DNA of 64,000 bases from Parachlamydiales bacterium (GTDB taxonomy: Bacteria; Chlamydiota; Chlamydiia; Chlamydiales; SM23-39), in assembly GCA_050302075.1 (NCBI GenBank), contig JBNLAH010000002.1, positions 96,001 to 160,000 on the forward strand. The letters are read 5' to 3'. The translations under genes and the position numbers were made by a program. The first letter of the stretch is position 1. Every line of letters begins with the position of its first letter. The notes under the pieces were generated by a model, which saw only the letters and a list, made by a program, of their open reading frames with translations, ran no database searches and was not told where the DNA came from. Of the stretch, positions 18,804-28,291 are shown one piece after another.

Positions 18804-19097
18804 TCCAATTTGAAATACGCCTGTATTTAAGGTTATTTTTGGTAGTTCCAGTTGGCCCTTCGTATGGATATCATACGCACCTTTAAATGAAAGTATAGAG
18901 ATTCCGACAGATAAAGCTGTGGCATCCATCATAAAAACAGGTGCTAGAAAAAGGTTCAAAGAAACCATAGAAAAAATCAGGCCAATTGCATAAAGAGTTT
19001 TTACAGAAATTTCTTGAATCTTAGAAATTTGTAAATTTTCTTTTGGAGCGCTTGGCTTTGGAAAATTAATTAAATTTTTATTTATTGGTGTTGTCAT
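18795..19097 (-). CDS. Small membrane protein, Inc-like
   Basis: MTTPIN N-terminus and a roughly 40-aa bilobed hydrophobic stretch. Confidence 0.45.
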   Translation of the reverse strand: MTTPINKNLINFPKPSAPKENLQISKIQEISVKTLYAIGLIFSMVSLNLFLAPVFMMDATALSVGISILSFKGAYDIHTKGQLELPKITLNTGVFQIGLV

Positions 19098-19194
19098 ATT
19101 AAAGTAAATACTTTTTAATATTGTTAATTTATAGTTTATTTTACTTAAAAATATATTAAATAAAAAGACTTTTTTTTGCTTTGGTTGTTATTTA

Positions 19195-20034
19195 TTATTT
19201 CAAATATCTAATTCTTTTTATTATAGGACTTGCGAATAAGGTGATCCAAAGCGCAATTGTATTTGTTGTTAAAAAAAGATTTACATAAGTTTCATTTATA
19301 AAGAATATACCTATTAAAATAATTACCAAGAGAACAATACTATATCTAAAAAATTTTATTTTATAATTTTTGTTATCATTTAAATAAAGTTTATATCTTT
19401 TCGATAGATAGATGCCAGCAGTTGCAAATAGTAACATAGAGCTGATAAGTAAGATATTTTTTGAAAAAATTAGGATGTTGATTATAGCTGTTATTACTAT
19501 CAATGACATTAGATATGGTCTTGGCGAGCTAGATATTTTTCTTTCGATTTTTAAAATATTATTTTTAAATATCAAAAATATTAGAAAACCAACTATCCAA
19601 CCGCCTAGAATGTCGATTGGATAATGAACTCCTAAGTACAGCCTAGAAAAGCCCATTAATAAAATAAAACTGACTCCAAGGATCTTTGAGAAAGGTTTTC
19701 TGTGATAAAACATTAAAACACAGGCAAATAGCATTGAATATTGTGCGGCTCCACTAGGAAAGCTAAATCCACTTACGTTTACTAATGCAAGGTTTGGATC
19801 AATATCTGATGGTCTAGGTACACGGAATGTTTGTTTTAATAAAAAATTTATTAAAGCATTTGTAAAAGCCAAATATAAAATCCTAACTCCCCATTTGCTA
19901 GAAACAATGAACCAGATAAAAGGTATTAAAAAGAAGAAAAAATACGCAGTGTCAAAAAGGTTTAGAAATTTGAAGAAACAATTTAAAAAAGTAGTTCTAT
20001 AATTACTTAAAACTTGAAGCCAATAAAGTTGCAC
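19195..20034 (-). CDS. PAP2 family membrane phosphatase
   Basis: KQTFRVPRP, SFPSGA (usual His is Ala), SRLYLGVHYPIDILGG. Confidence 0.88.
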   Translation of the reverse strand: MQLYWLQVLSNYRTTFLNCFFKFLNLFDTAYFFFFLIPFIWFIVSSKWGVRILYLAFTNALINFLLKQTFRVPRPSDIDPNLALVNVSGFSFPSGAAQYSMLFACVLMFYHRKPFSKILGVSFILLMGFSRLYLGVHYPIDILGGWIVGFLIFLIFKNNILKIERKISSSPRPYLMSLIVITAIINILIFSKNILLISSMLLFATAGIYLSKRYKLYLNDNKNYKIKFFRYSIVLLVIILIGIFFINETYVNLFLTTNTIALWITLFASPIIKRIRYLK

Positions 20035-20089
20035 TGAAAACCTTTTATTAAGTAGAATTAAATTTTAGTATAAAGAGGACTTTTATAGA

Positions 20090-20452
20090 ATGAAGAAGGT
20101 TATCATTTGCCTGTTATTTTTAAGCTCTGCATTTGCGAATGTGGTAGAGATAAAAAATACTAAACAGCTATCTAGTGAGTTAAGTAGTTCAAATTCTGTT
20201 GTTTTTCTTGATTGTTACTCAAGCTGGTGCCCACCATGCAAGCGTTTAACACCTTTATTTGAAAAATGGTCAGAAAAGTATTCTTCAAAAGGAAAGTTCT
20301 TAAAGGCTAATCTTGATGATGTTAAAGACTTGCCAAATACCTATAAAATTTCTTCTATGCCAACTCTTTTAATTTTTGATACATCAGGCCAGCTTAAAGA
20401 TCGAAAAGTAGGATTAGTTGAAATTGAAAGTTATTTCAATAAGCTAAATTAA
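20090..20452 (+). CDS. Exported thioredoxin
   Basis: Signal peptide ending AFA; WCPPC; SSMPT. Confidence 0.88.
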   Translation: MKKVIICLLFLSSAFANVVEIKNTKQLSSELSSSNSVVFLDCYSSWCPPCKRLTPLFEKWSEKYSSKGKFLKANLDDVKDLPNTYKISSMPTLLIFDTSGQLKDRKVGLVEIESYFNKLN

Positions 20453-20494
20453 TCCAAAAGTGTTCTCTGCTTTTGCCAAAGAGAAATAACCAGT

Positions 20495-21409
20495 TCATAA
20501 AAAATTGGGTAATTTAGGATTTTTATCGCCTTCGATTACAATCCAGTCGCTAGGAACGATATCGCTTATTTTACTTTCGATTCTCATAATCCAAGGTGAT
20601 CTTGCTATAATCTTTTTATTCGGGTTGCAATTTAGGTAAGCTGACCACCAAGAAAAGGTTGAGTTCGAAGTGATCATATGGTCACAGAAAGACATTAAAT
20701 AAAGATCTTCAAAGTTTTTTTGCCCCTCAACAAAATAAAAATTTTTGGGGATGCTTTTGAGAAACTTTTTGCACCAAGATATTTTATCAGAACAGACAAC
20801 AAATAGAGCATCATCAGGAAAATAAGACATGGCTTTTTTTATGTAGTTTAGATCGGGTGGGGGATAAGTTTCGTATAGCTTATTCCCTAAGTCTCCAAGG
20901 TCTTTTGCAAAGGTTCTGATATGAAGCGCTACAGAACATTTGTGGTTGAATACTTTAGGGTGTTTTCTTTGCAAAGAGAGCTTTAGTCTTTTGGAAGCTG
21001 CAAAACGCTCTTTGATATCCTTTTCATATTTCTTGAAGTACTTTTCTGATATAAAAAATCCTTTTAGACAGCAGTTTGATTTTTTAGGTAATGGACTATA
21101 TACATATGGAGAGCTTTTCTCTTCTAATAATTCAGTATTTTGAGGTGCCTTGCCAAAATCTAGCTTGGGTAATATCTTCCTAAGACCCTTTGAAGACCGG
21201 GACTCTCTAGGTAGTATAAGCCTTAAGTTGTTATCTTTAGCATAAGCAATAGCTGCAGCTGTTTGAAATAGTTTATTTCCCAATTCTCCTTGATATTCTA
21301 ATGTTACAAAATCTAGTTTAGAAGCTTTTTTGCTAGTCTTAGCTATTTGTTGTATTCCTATAACAAGAAATCCGATTAGGGCAATTGATAAAAATGTACG
21401 TTTTTTCAT
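20495..21409 (-). CDS. Glycosyltransferase family 11 (alpha-1,2-fucosyltransferase-like)
   Basis: GELGNKLFQ, ALHIR, SDKISWC, DLYLMSFCDHMITSNSTFSWWSAYL; N-terminal TM anchor. Confidence 0.9.
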   Translation of the reverse strand: MKKRTFLSIALIGFLVIGIQQIAKTSKKASKLDFVTLEYQGELGNKLFQTAAAIAYAKDNNLRLILPRESRSSKGLRKILPKLDFGKAPQNTELLEEKSSPYVYSPLPKKSNCCLKGFFISEKYFKKYEKDIKERFAASKRLKLSLQRKHPKVFNHKCSVALHIRTFAKDLGDLGNKLYETYPPPDLNYIKKAMSYFPDDALFVVCSDKISWCKKFLKSIPKNFYFVEGQKNFEDLYLMSFCDHMITSNSTFSWWSAYLNCNPNKKIIARSPWIMRIESKISDIVPSDWIVIEGDKNPKLPNFL

Positions 21410-21492
21410 AGGGGTAGATTTTTATTTAAAAAAATAATTTTACATGAGAACATAATAATTAATAGAAAAATAAGTGGGAAGGAGTATTTTCT

Positions 21493-21924
21493 ATGAAGCA
21501 AATTTCATATTTTTTTGTGTTAAGTCTTTTACTGTTAAATTCTTGTAGGGAGTGTCCTAAAAAAAGACCGGAATCTTTTACAAAAAGAGCAGAAATATCA
21601 ATAGGTCTAGATAAGTATGTAATTTTAATATCTCCAGGCGACACTAAGGCTCACAGAGAGGCATTGAAAAAAGCTACATTGCTAGCCAAGTCGAAAGGTT
21701 TTAGATATTTCAAAATATTAAATACTAAAGATATAAGCGTATCAAATGCTGGTGTGGTTATGGAAAGGGACATTGCTCACCAAAATGTCAAGTTGGGATA
21801 TTTATCTAAAAGCAACGTTGAAGATGCCTATCAAATGACAGTTCGCATGTATAACAAAAAGCCATTTTTCGGTGATGTTGTTGACGTTTATAGATATGCA
21901 CGCTATTTAGAGCTAAATCAATAA
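21493..21924 (+). CDS. Lipoprotein, hypothetical
   Basis: Lipobox LLNSC; ALKKATLLAKSKGFRYFKI. Confidence 0.7.
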   Translation: MKQISYFFVLSLLLLNSCRECPKKRPESFTKRAEISIGLDKYVILISPGDTKAHREALKKATLLAKSKGFRYFKILNTKDISVSNAGVVMERDIAHQNVKLGYLSKSNVEDAYQMTVRMYNKKPFFGDVVDVYRYARYLELNQ

Positions 21925-22162
21925 AAAGTCACCTTGGCCCTATGAAGTAAAAAACCTTTATGGGCCTGATTATATAAATTGATATACTCTTATTGCTAGT
22001 AGAGGTGCTGACGTTCCTAGAGGAAGTGGATTCTAGCTAGTCACGATATCAGCGACTTTGAGTCCCCATCTTCAATACAGCATTTTTATCCAATTGAAAA
22101 TTAACAGCTAAATACTTACTCTGTTCCTTTTTTTTATAATTTGAATACTTAAGGAGAGTATT

Positions 22163-22957
22163 ATGGTAGCTCCTGCTATTGGTATAGTTTGTAGAATTTA
22201 CAAATCAAGTGCTGAATCAGTTCCACTTGTAACTGGAATTGATGGGTATGCTGAATCAGTTCCACTTCAATATGGAGTTGATGAATATCGCGATTATGTT
22301 GTAAATAAATGTATTTGCAATACTACTCAACTAGGAAGTTCTTTACTGTCTGCAGTAGGTTCTATTTTTACAATTGCTCTTACTGGCATGGCAATAGAAC
22401 ATCCCTGGATGGTGATTAAAGCTGAAAAGCCGGCATCTGCTGAAAAGCCAGCATCTGATGAAAAGCCTTCAATCGTATGGTTAGTAGCTGTATCAGGTAA
22501 AGAAAGTTTGGAATTGATCATCGTGGATAATGAGGAAGGTGCAAATGCGTCGGTGAAAAAATCAGTTTGTAGAAGTGAATCAGCTGTTCATAATGAAATC
22601 CATGAATTTGAACCTAAAGAGATAACTACCGTAAATAAAGTGATAAAGTTCATGGAAAAAGAAAATAGAACATATAATGTAGTCTTTAATAACTGTCAGC
22701 ATTTTGTTAATAGCTTTACCCGTGAATTTGGAAGCAGTTATGACTTGGATATAGTCTCAAAAAATAGCTCCTCAAGTTTTGTTGTAAGGCCAGCTCCAGT
22801 TGATGGAAATGGAAATACTGCACCTGTAACTAGAACAGAGCCTCTTATTCCTACTAGTAGTCGTTCCCTTCCTTTAAGTGTTTCTAGACAAGAAGATTCT
22901 TGTGTAGGATTTAGAAGAGACGATTATAAGGATGGAGTCCCTTGCACTATCCAATAA
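22163..22957 (+). CDS. Permuted papain-like amidase (PPPDE/LRAT-type) with C-terminal CaaX motif
   Basis: EHPWMVI His box precedes YNVVFNNCQHF; protein ends CTIQ*; SD AAGGAG. Confidence 0.7.
   Translation: MVAPAIGIVCRIYKSSAESVPLVTGIDGYAESVPLQYGVDEYRDYVVNKCICNTTQLGSSLLSAVGSIFTIALTGMAIEHPWMVIKAEKPASAEKPASDEKPSIVWLVAVSGKESLELIIVDNEEGANASVKKSVCRSESAVHNEIHEFEPKEITTVNKVIKFMEKENRTYNVVFNNCQHFVNSFTREFGSSYDLDIVSKNSSSSFVVRPAPVDGNGNTAPVTRTEPLIPTSSRSLPLSVSRQEDSCVGFRRDDYKDGVPCTIQ
22210..22287 (+). repeat. 39-bp tandem repeat x2
   Basis: TGCTGAATCAGTTCCACTT at 22210 and 22249 (AESVPL...G.D.Y). Confidence 0.85.
22421..22468 (+). repeat. 18-bp tandem repeat, about 2.7 copies
   Basis: GCTGAAAAGCCGGCATCT / GCTGAAAAGCCAGCATCT / GATGAAAAGCCT (AEKPAS). 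Confidence 0.9.
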
Positions 22958-23288
22958 TCGGTTCATTGATTATTGTGCTTTTCCATGGATAAATCTTAGG
23001 GATTGTATCATAAGACTGGGTAGTTTTATCGACTTTGATTTTAACTACCCATGCTATGAAATAGAAGAAACAAAATCGAAATGCTTTAATTTATTTAAAA
23101 GCGGTCTCAAATTTTTATTTAGATAGCAAGCCCCCCATTCATTACTAAAGCTTTTAACTACTATATTATTTTTTGCATCTGCAGATAAAGGAAGTGAGAG
23201 AGCATTTTTCCATCTAGGAAATTTTATTAGCTTTTAATTTTAGCCTAAAATATAACTTCTAAAAAAAATTATGAGGACTATTTAAGTT

Positions 23289-24665
23289 ATGTTAAATAAC
23301 TCACTTACAAAAAACTCCTCAGGTAGCGTCAAAGAGCTTTTTTTACTATCAATTCCAATATTTTTTTCTTTGATTTCTTCTAATTTAATGCTTTTTTTTG
23401 ATCGCTATTTTCTGGCAGGGTTCTCTTTAGAGGCATTCAATGCTGTAGGGTTTGCAAGCTATTTAATTCTTTCTTTTCAAGTTACTTGTATAAGATTCTC
23501 TTCGATTAGCCAAGTTTTTATTGGAAGGTGTTTAGGGAATAATGTTGTTCAAAATATTGGACCATATACATGGCAGATGATTTGGGGGTCTTTATTGACA
23601 CTTCTTGTAGTTACTCCTATAGGGTTTGTAGCCTCTGAGTTTTATTTTTCAAACACAGGAGTTGAAGCTTTAGGAAAAGCTTACTTTTACATAATGCTTT
23701 TTGGGAATTTCTTATTTCCGCTAGGAGCTACGTTAGCTTCTTTTCAATTAGGCCTTGGAAAAACTAAAATCTTATCAATAGCAGCTCTTATCGCAAATTT
23801 GCTAAATATTATATTAGACTACTATTTAATCAATGGCATCCATGGTGTAATTGATCCTTTGGGAGTTAAAGGAGCCGCTATTGCAACTCTAATTTCACAA
23901 ACTGTTTATTGTTGTATTTTATTTTTTCTATTTATTAATCATCCGTTAAAGGAAAAATACAAAACAAGAGATTTTCACTTCAGAATTTCTCTCTTTCAAA
24001 AAATTTCCAGAACTGGAATAACCAGTGCACTTTCTAGGCTGGTGGGTTTTCTTTTCTGGGCAATTGCTATGAATATTGCTGCAAGCAAAGGTTCAGATTA
24101 CGTAATGTTAATCTCATTCGGGGCAACAATTTGTATTTTAAACTCTACTATCAGTGAGTCAATCTTAAAAGCACTCACAACTTTTTATAGCTATTTCTTA
24201 GGACAAAATAATTGGAAATATGTTTGGAAAAGTCTCAGGTCTGCACTAATACTTTTAGTGATTGCATTTTGTTTATTATCTATTCCTTTTGTTTCCTATA
24301 ACTACTACGTAATAAAGGCGATTATTGGTGAAAAAATAACAAACTCAACGACTTTAAACTTTTTACAATTAGCGTGTTACTGGCTTTGGATTCATTTTTT
24401 AGTAGAGGGGATTTCTAATTCAAGTATATTTCTCATTATAGCTATGAAAGAGACATCATATTTATTCAAGGCATCTATACTGATTACTTTCTTAGCTATC
24501 TATCTGCCCTTTTATCTTGCATTCAAAGTAGGCGATTTAGGCCCGGATAAGATTTGGGTGATCTCATGGATAGGATGTATAGTCACTCCTTTAATTCATT
24601 TCACTAAATCATTTAGAACTTATAAAAAATCTCAAATTGAATCTTTTCAAAAAGATTTTGTTTGA
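23289..24665 (+). CDS. MATE family efflux transporter
   Basis: KELFLLSIP, DRYFL, NIILDYYLI, LGVKGAAIATLISQ; about 12 TMs. Confidence 0.9.
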   Translation: MLNNSLTKNSSGSVKELFLLSIPIFFSLISSNLMLFFDRYFLAGFSLEAFNAVGFASYLILSFQVTCIRFSSISQVFIGRCLGNNVVQNIGPYTWQMIWGSLLTLLVVTPIGFVASEFYFSNTGVEALGKAYFYIMLFGNFLFPLGATLASFQLGLGKTKILSIAALIANLLNIILDYYLINGIHGVIDPLGVKGAAIATLISQTVYCCILFFLFINHPLKEKYKTRDFHFRISLFQKISRTGITSALSRLVGFLFWAIAMNIAASKGSDYVMLISFGATICILNSTISESILKALTTFYSYFLGQNNWKYVWKSLRSALILLVIAFCLLSIPFVSYNYYVIKAIIGEKITNSTTLNFLQLACYWLWIHFLVEGISNSSIFLIIAMKETSYLFKASILITFLAIYLPFYLAFKVGDLGPDKIWVISWIGCIVTPLIHFTKSFRTYKKSQIESFQKDFV

Positions 24666-24721
24666 AATTTTTTAAGATAAAAGCATGATGTTATTCCTTA
24701 AATAAAAAAAAAAGGTAGATA

Positions 24722-25288
24722 ATGAGAAAAGCTTTAGTTAAAACCATCATTGTTGCAGCTTTGCTTTGTTATTCTAATCTTAAGGCAAAGGAAACTAATG
24801 TAATCAAAAAAGAAAAGTCCCATGCTAATCAGATCATATTTAGCTCTAATATAATCAAAAAGGTAGGGGGTTACCAAATTGTTACTATGTACTCTCTCCA
24901 AAATGAAGAAAATCTGAAAGCTTATCATATAGGACTTAAGTTTTTTGATCCTTCTCATATGATTCCAACAGAAAAAGATCTAGCCAAGAGCATTCAATTG
25001 CATCCATATTTTATAGGAAGCTTTCCAAAAGAATTGAGTCAAGAGGAGATTGTTAGCTTTAAGCATGAGGCAAACCATCCATTTTTCATTTTTGAAACCT
25101 GTATAGACAGTAAAAACGATTTTTATATGGTGCATAAAAGAGGAATTCGTCATTTTACAATCAAGTCTTCTGATGAAAAAAATGGTTATATAGCAAGATT
25201 AAGTAATGGAACAGCTAAGCATTATCCTAATTTAGAGAAATTTACTAAGTCCACTATTGAGTCACATACTGATGAATATTTGATTTGA
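24722..25288 (+). CDS. Exported hypothetical protein
   Basis: Signal peptide-like N-terminus; no family recognised. Confidence 0.6.
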   Translation: MRKALVKTIIVAALLCYSNLKAKETNVIKKEKSHANQIIFSSNIIKKVGGYQIVTMYSLQNEENLKAYHIGLKFFDPSHMIPTEKDLAKSIQLHPYFIGSFPKELSQEEIVSFKHEANHPFFIFETCIDSKNDFYMVHKRGIRHFTIKSSDEKNGYIARLSNGTAKHYPNLEKFTKSTIESHTDEYLI

Positions 25289-25304
25289 AGTTTAGTTAAA
25301 AGCT

Positions 25305-28205
25305 CTATTTTTTGTAACAATATCGTATGTCAAATTCTTGTGAATTTCCTACATAAATGTCATAAATATTTGGCTGAATTAAAGAATAATCAGAAATGGA
25401 GAGAAGTGGGATAATTGGCTTTTCCTGATACAAAAGATTCTCAGCCTGATAGTGAAGCTCTTTTCTGTTTTTTAAGTCGAAGGTTTCTTGAATTAACTGA
25501 TTTAGATAATTAATTTTCTGGTTGTTCCAAGAAGGAAAATTAGTGATATTTTTGGGAGAAGAAAAGCTGCTGAGAAAATAACTTGGATCTTGAATCCTAT
25601 TCATCCAGGCGTAGATATAAATATTAATTTTTCTTTTTCTAATAAGTGAAAAGAGCTTTGATGCATCAACTAAAGAAGATCGCAGATTGATTTCAAAAAG
25701 ATTGTTTAATTGTTTTGTGATAAGTTTTTCAATTCCTTGAGATTGTGGTGTTGCATATATATATTCTTTGTTAAATATCTCAGAATTTAACTTTAGCTCA
25801 GCAAGACCTTCAAAAAAAAGTTTTTTTGCAAGAACTTGGTTTTCCTCATCAGCTTTAGTCAGACTAAGTTGACTAAATTCGGGTGAGTATGGAGAGTAGT
25901 GAGGTGTAGCTTTATTAGAAAAAGAATTTGCTAGTAATTCTCTTTGAATAGCTAATGAAAAAGCTACTCTTATTTTTTTATTTGAAAATGGAAGCTTGGA
26001 ACAGTTAAAGCTGAAGTATCTCACTTCGGCTGTGCATTTTTTTTGATGAAGATTTATAAGATTTTGGAATTTAAGAATTTTATTTTTACAAAAGGGATAA
26101 AGTAGAGAATCAAGTTTTCTTTCTTGGAATAGCAAAAGAGACTCTTCTTCTGTCATACTTGAGATAATAACTTTCTCTAGCTTAACTCGTTTTTTTTCCC
26201 AAAATAGAAAATTTTTCTTTAGGACAATTTCCTTGCTATTAATTTTATCTGCTATGAAGGGCCCATTACATATGTAAGATGTTCCCAAAGACTTTGGCCA
26301 GCTAGGATTATTAATATCAACTGACCTGCAAATAGGTGAAAAAGCAGAGTGGGCACACAGCTCTAGAAAATAAGGGCAAGGATATTGAAGTTCGACTTCT
26401 AGAGTAAAGTCATCAACTACTCTAACCCCAAGGCTAGATGAATGCATGTTTCCTTCTTTAATAGCCTTTGCATTTTTAATTGGATAGAATAAATAGCTTA
26501 AAGGAGATGAAAAATCAGGCTTCAGGCTGGTTTCCCAGCTATAGTAAAAGTCGTGAGCTGTTACTGGCGTTTCATTTGACCAGTAACTTTTTCTTAAATG
26601 GAAGCGATATAAAAGACCTGAGTTTAGAACTTCGATCTTTTTAGCTAGAGCTTTTTCAGGGAACCCATTTGCACCAATTTTGGTAAGACCTTCAAAAAGC
26701 ATTTTAAGTAGGCAACTTGATTCTTCTTCAGTCCCAATTCTTGGATCAAATGATGAAAACTCTGTAGTACAACCTAACTTAAGAACCTGCTTAAGTTCTT
26801 TTTTCTCTCTCCAATGTCTATAAAATGAAAAAGTTAAATTTTTTAGCAGCTCATTTTTTTTATGATCATTTTTTTGAAGAATGCAACCTATTACGGAGAT
26901 GCCCTCAGTGTAGGTAGAGGCAATAAGCGTTTCCGGAAATTTGGAAAGTAGAAGGTGTCTGAATTCCCTTTCAAATTCTACGTGGGTAGTTTTGACAGTA
27001 ATACACAATGTGTCTTTGTCTTCTTCAACAAAATAATCTATTTCATTATTTGAACTTTTTCGGTTCATCGAAATATATGCTTTTTTTAGCAATTGGATAG
27101 GGGCAGTAGCCTGCCTTTCTTGAGGAACAATTCCATAAAAAAAGCTCTTCAGATCTTCAACTGGAGCGTTTATTTCAGAACAAAAAAGGTTGAAATTGCA
27201 TTCAATTTGTTCTAAAAGCCCTCCATTTATATCACGAAAAGGACCGATCAAATCTTGAATGAGGAGATAACTCTTTTTTCGGGCATCTATAATGGATAAA
27301 GAGGGGGTAGCTGCAATTTCTATAGTTAGAACAACCCCTTCTTTAAGGCACTTTTTCTCCTCAAGTGTATTTGTGTACTCGACATGAATATCCTGGTGGC
27401 TTAGCTTATTTCGAATTGAAGCATCCTTATGTTCTCTGACGCTGCAGATAAGAGCAGAGAAATGGAAGCTGCTTGCAGTTTGTATGCTGAAATCAATAAA
27501 AACATGCGGAAGGTCTTTCGTTTTTAAATCCTTTATAATCCACTGAAAACTTTTGATTAATAGTTCTCTATTGCTAGGAACTACAAGTTGAACTTTTGGT
27601 TTACTTAAAAAGTTCGTAATAATCTGTGGGATGGTATTTTTAAATACAGATACTTCATTTTCAGAAAAAATAGTTTCTTTTTGCAGTTCTAGATAGGCTT
27701 TTACAGTTTTATCACTTTGATCAACTATAGAAATAAAAGAGCCGTCAACAAAAGTGATACCATCATAGTTTTCTAAAATTATTTTCTTAAGAGTATCGAG
27801 GTCTAAAGAACAGTTCTTTATTTCAATAAAAAAACTAAGAACTTCTTTAGTTCTAAAGGGGAATGTAATCGTATGCCTAAAAGTTTGAAGAGTGCACCGT
27901 GAATTAGAAGATATGATATCTCTAGAGTTAAATAACTTTTCTAAGAGCCATAATAGCAATTCATTACTTCTCGTTTCAATGAATGATTTATCAACATGGT
28001 TGAGAAGAATTATTGCAGCATCCAAGTACTTTTCAAAAGAAAATGCCTCTTTTGATACATCCCAAATAAGTTGAAGTATTTTAATTTTTTCATTTCCAAG
28101 TTGATCTATGTTTTTCTTTAAATTTAGAAAAAATGACAAAAGTCGGTTGTTTTTCTGCCTAGTTTGAAGTTCTATTAACTTCATGATTTTATATTTATGC
28201 GACAT
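25305..28205 (-). CDS. OppA-like (SBP family 5) domain protein with about 470-aa N-terminal extension
   Basis: SFDPR, LFEGL, YRFHLR..WSNETPVTAHDF, LGVRVVDDFTLEVEL, CNGPF, PFSNKKIRVAFSLAI in the C-terminal half; no signal peptide or lipobox. Confidence 0.85.
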   Translation of the reverse strand: MSHKYKIMKLIELQTRQKNNRLLSFFLNLKKNIDQLGNEKIKILQLIWDVSKEAFSFEKYLDAAIILLNHVDKSFIETRSNELLLWLLEKLFNSRDIISSNSRCTLQTFRHTITFPFRTKEVLSFFIEIKNCSLDLDTLKKIILENYDGITFVDGSFISIVDQSDKTVKAYLELQKETIFSENEVSVFKNTIPQIITNFLSKPKVQLVVPSNRELLIKSFQWIIKDLKTKDLPHVFIDFSIQTASSFHFSALICSVREHKDASIRNKLSHQDIHVEYTNTLEEKKCLKEGVVLTIEIAATPSLSIIDARKKSYLLIQDLIGPFRDINGGLLEQIECNFNLFCSEINAPVEDLKSFFYGIVPQERQATAPIQLLKKAYISMNRKSSNNEIDYFVEEDKDTLCITVKTTHVEFEREFRHLLLSKFPETLIASTYTEGISVIGCILQKNDHKKNELLKNLTFSFYRHWREKKELKQVLKLGCTTEFSSFDPRIGTEEESSCLLKMLFEGLTKIGANGFPEKALAKKIEVLNSGLLYRFHLRKSYWSNETPVTAHDFYYSWETSLKPDFSSPLSYLFYPIKNAKAIKEGNMHSSSLGVRVVDDFTLEVELQYPCPYFLELCAHSAFSPICRSVDINNPSWPKSLGTSYICNGPFIADKINSKEIVLKKNFLFWEKKRVKLEKVIISSMTEEESLLLFQERKLDSLLYPFCKNKILKFQNLINLHQKKCTAEVRYFSFNCSKLPFSNKKIRVAFSLAIQRELLANSFSNKATPHYSPYSPEFSQLSLTKADEENQVLAKKLFFEGLAELKLNSEIFNKEYIYATPQSQGIEKLITKQLNNLFEINLRSSLVDASKLFSLIRKRKINIYIYAWMNRIQDPSYFLSSFSSPKNITNFPSWNNQKINYLNQLIQETFDLKNRKELHYQAENLLYQEKPIIPLLSISDYSLIQPNIYDIYVGNSQEFDIRYCYKK

Positions 28206-28291
28206 ATCATAAAAATTTAATTGAATGTCGCAGTGTATAGATATTGATTTTAAATTTGGAGTAAAAATTAAAACAATTTTATTGCTTTGTG

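Noticed and set aside
22001..22010. AGAGGTGC resembling a lysine riboswitch start
   Set aside because: Region too short and other conserved elements are missing
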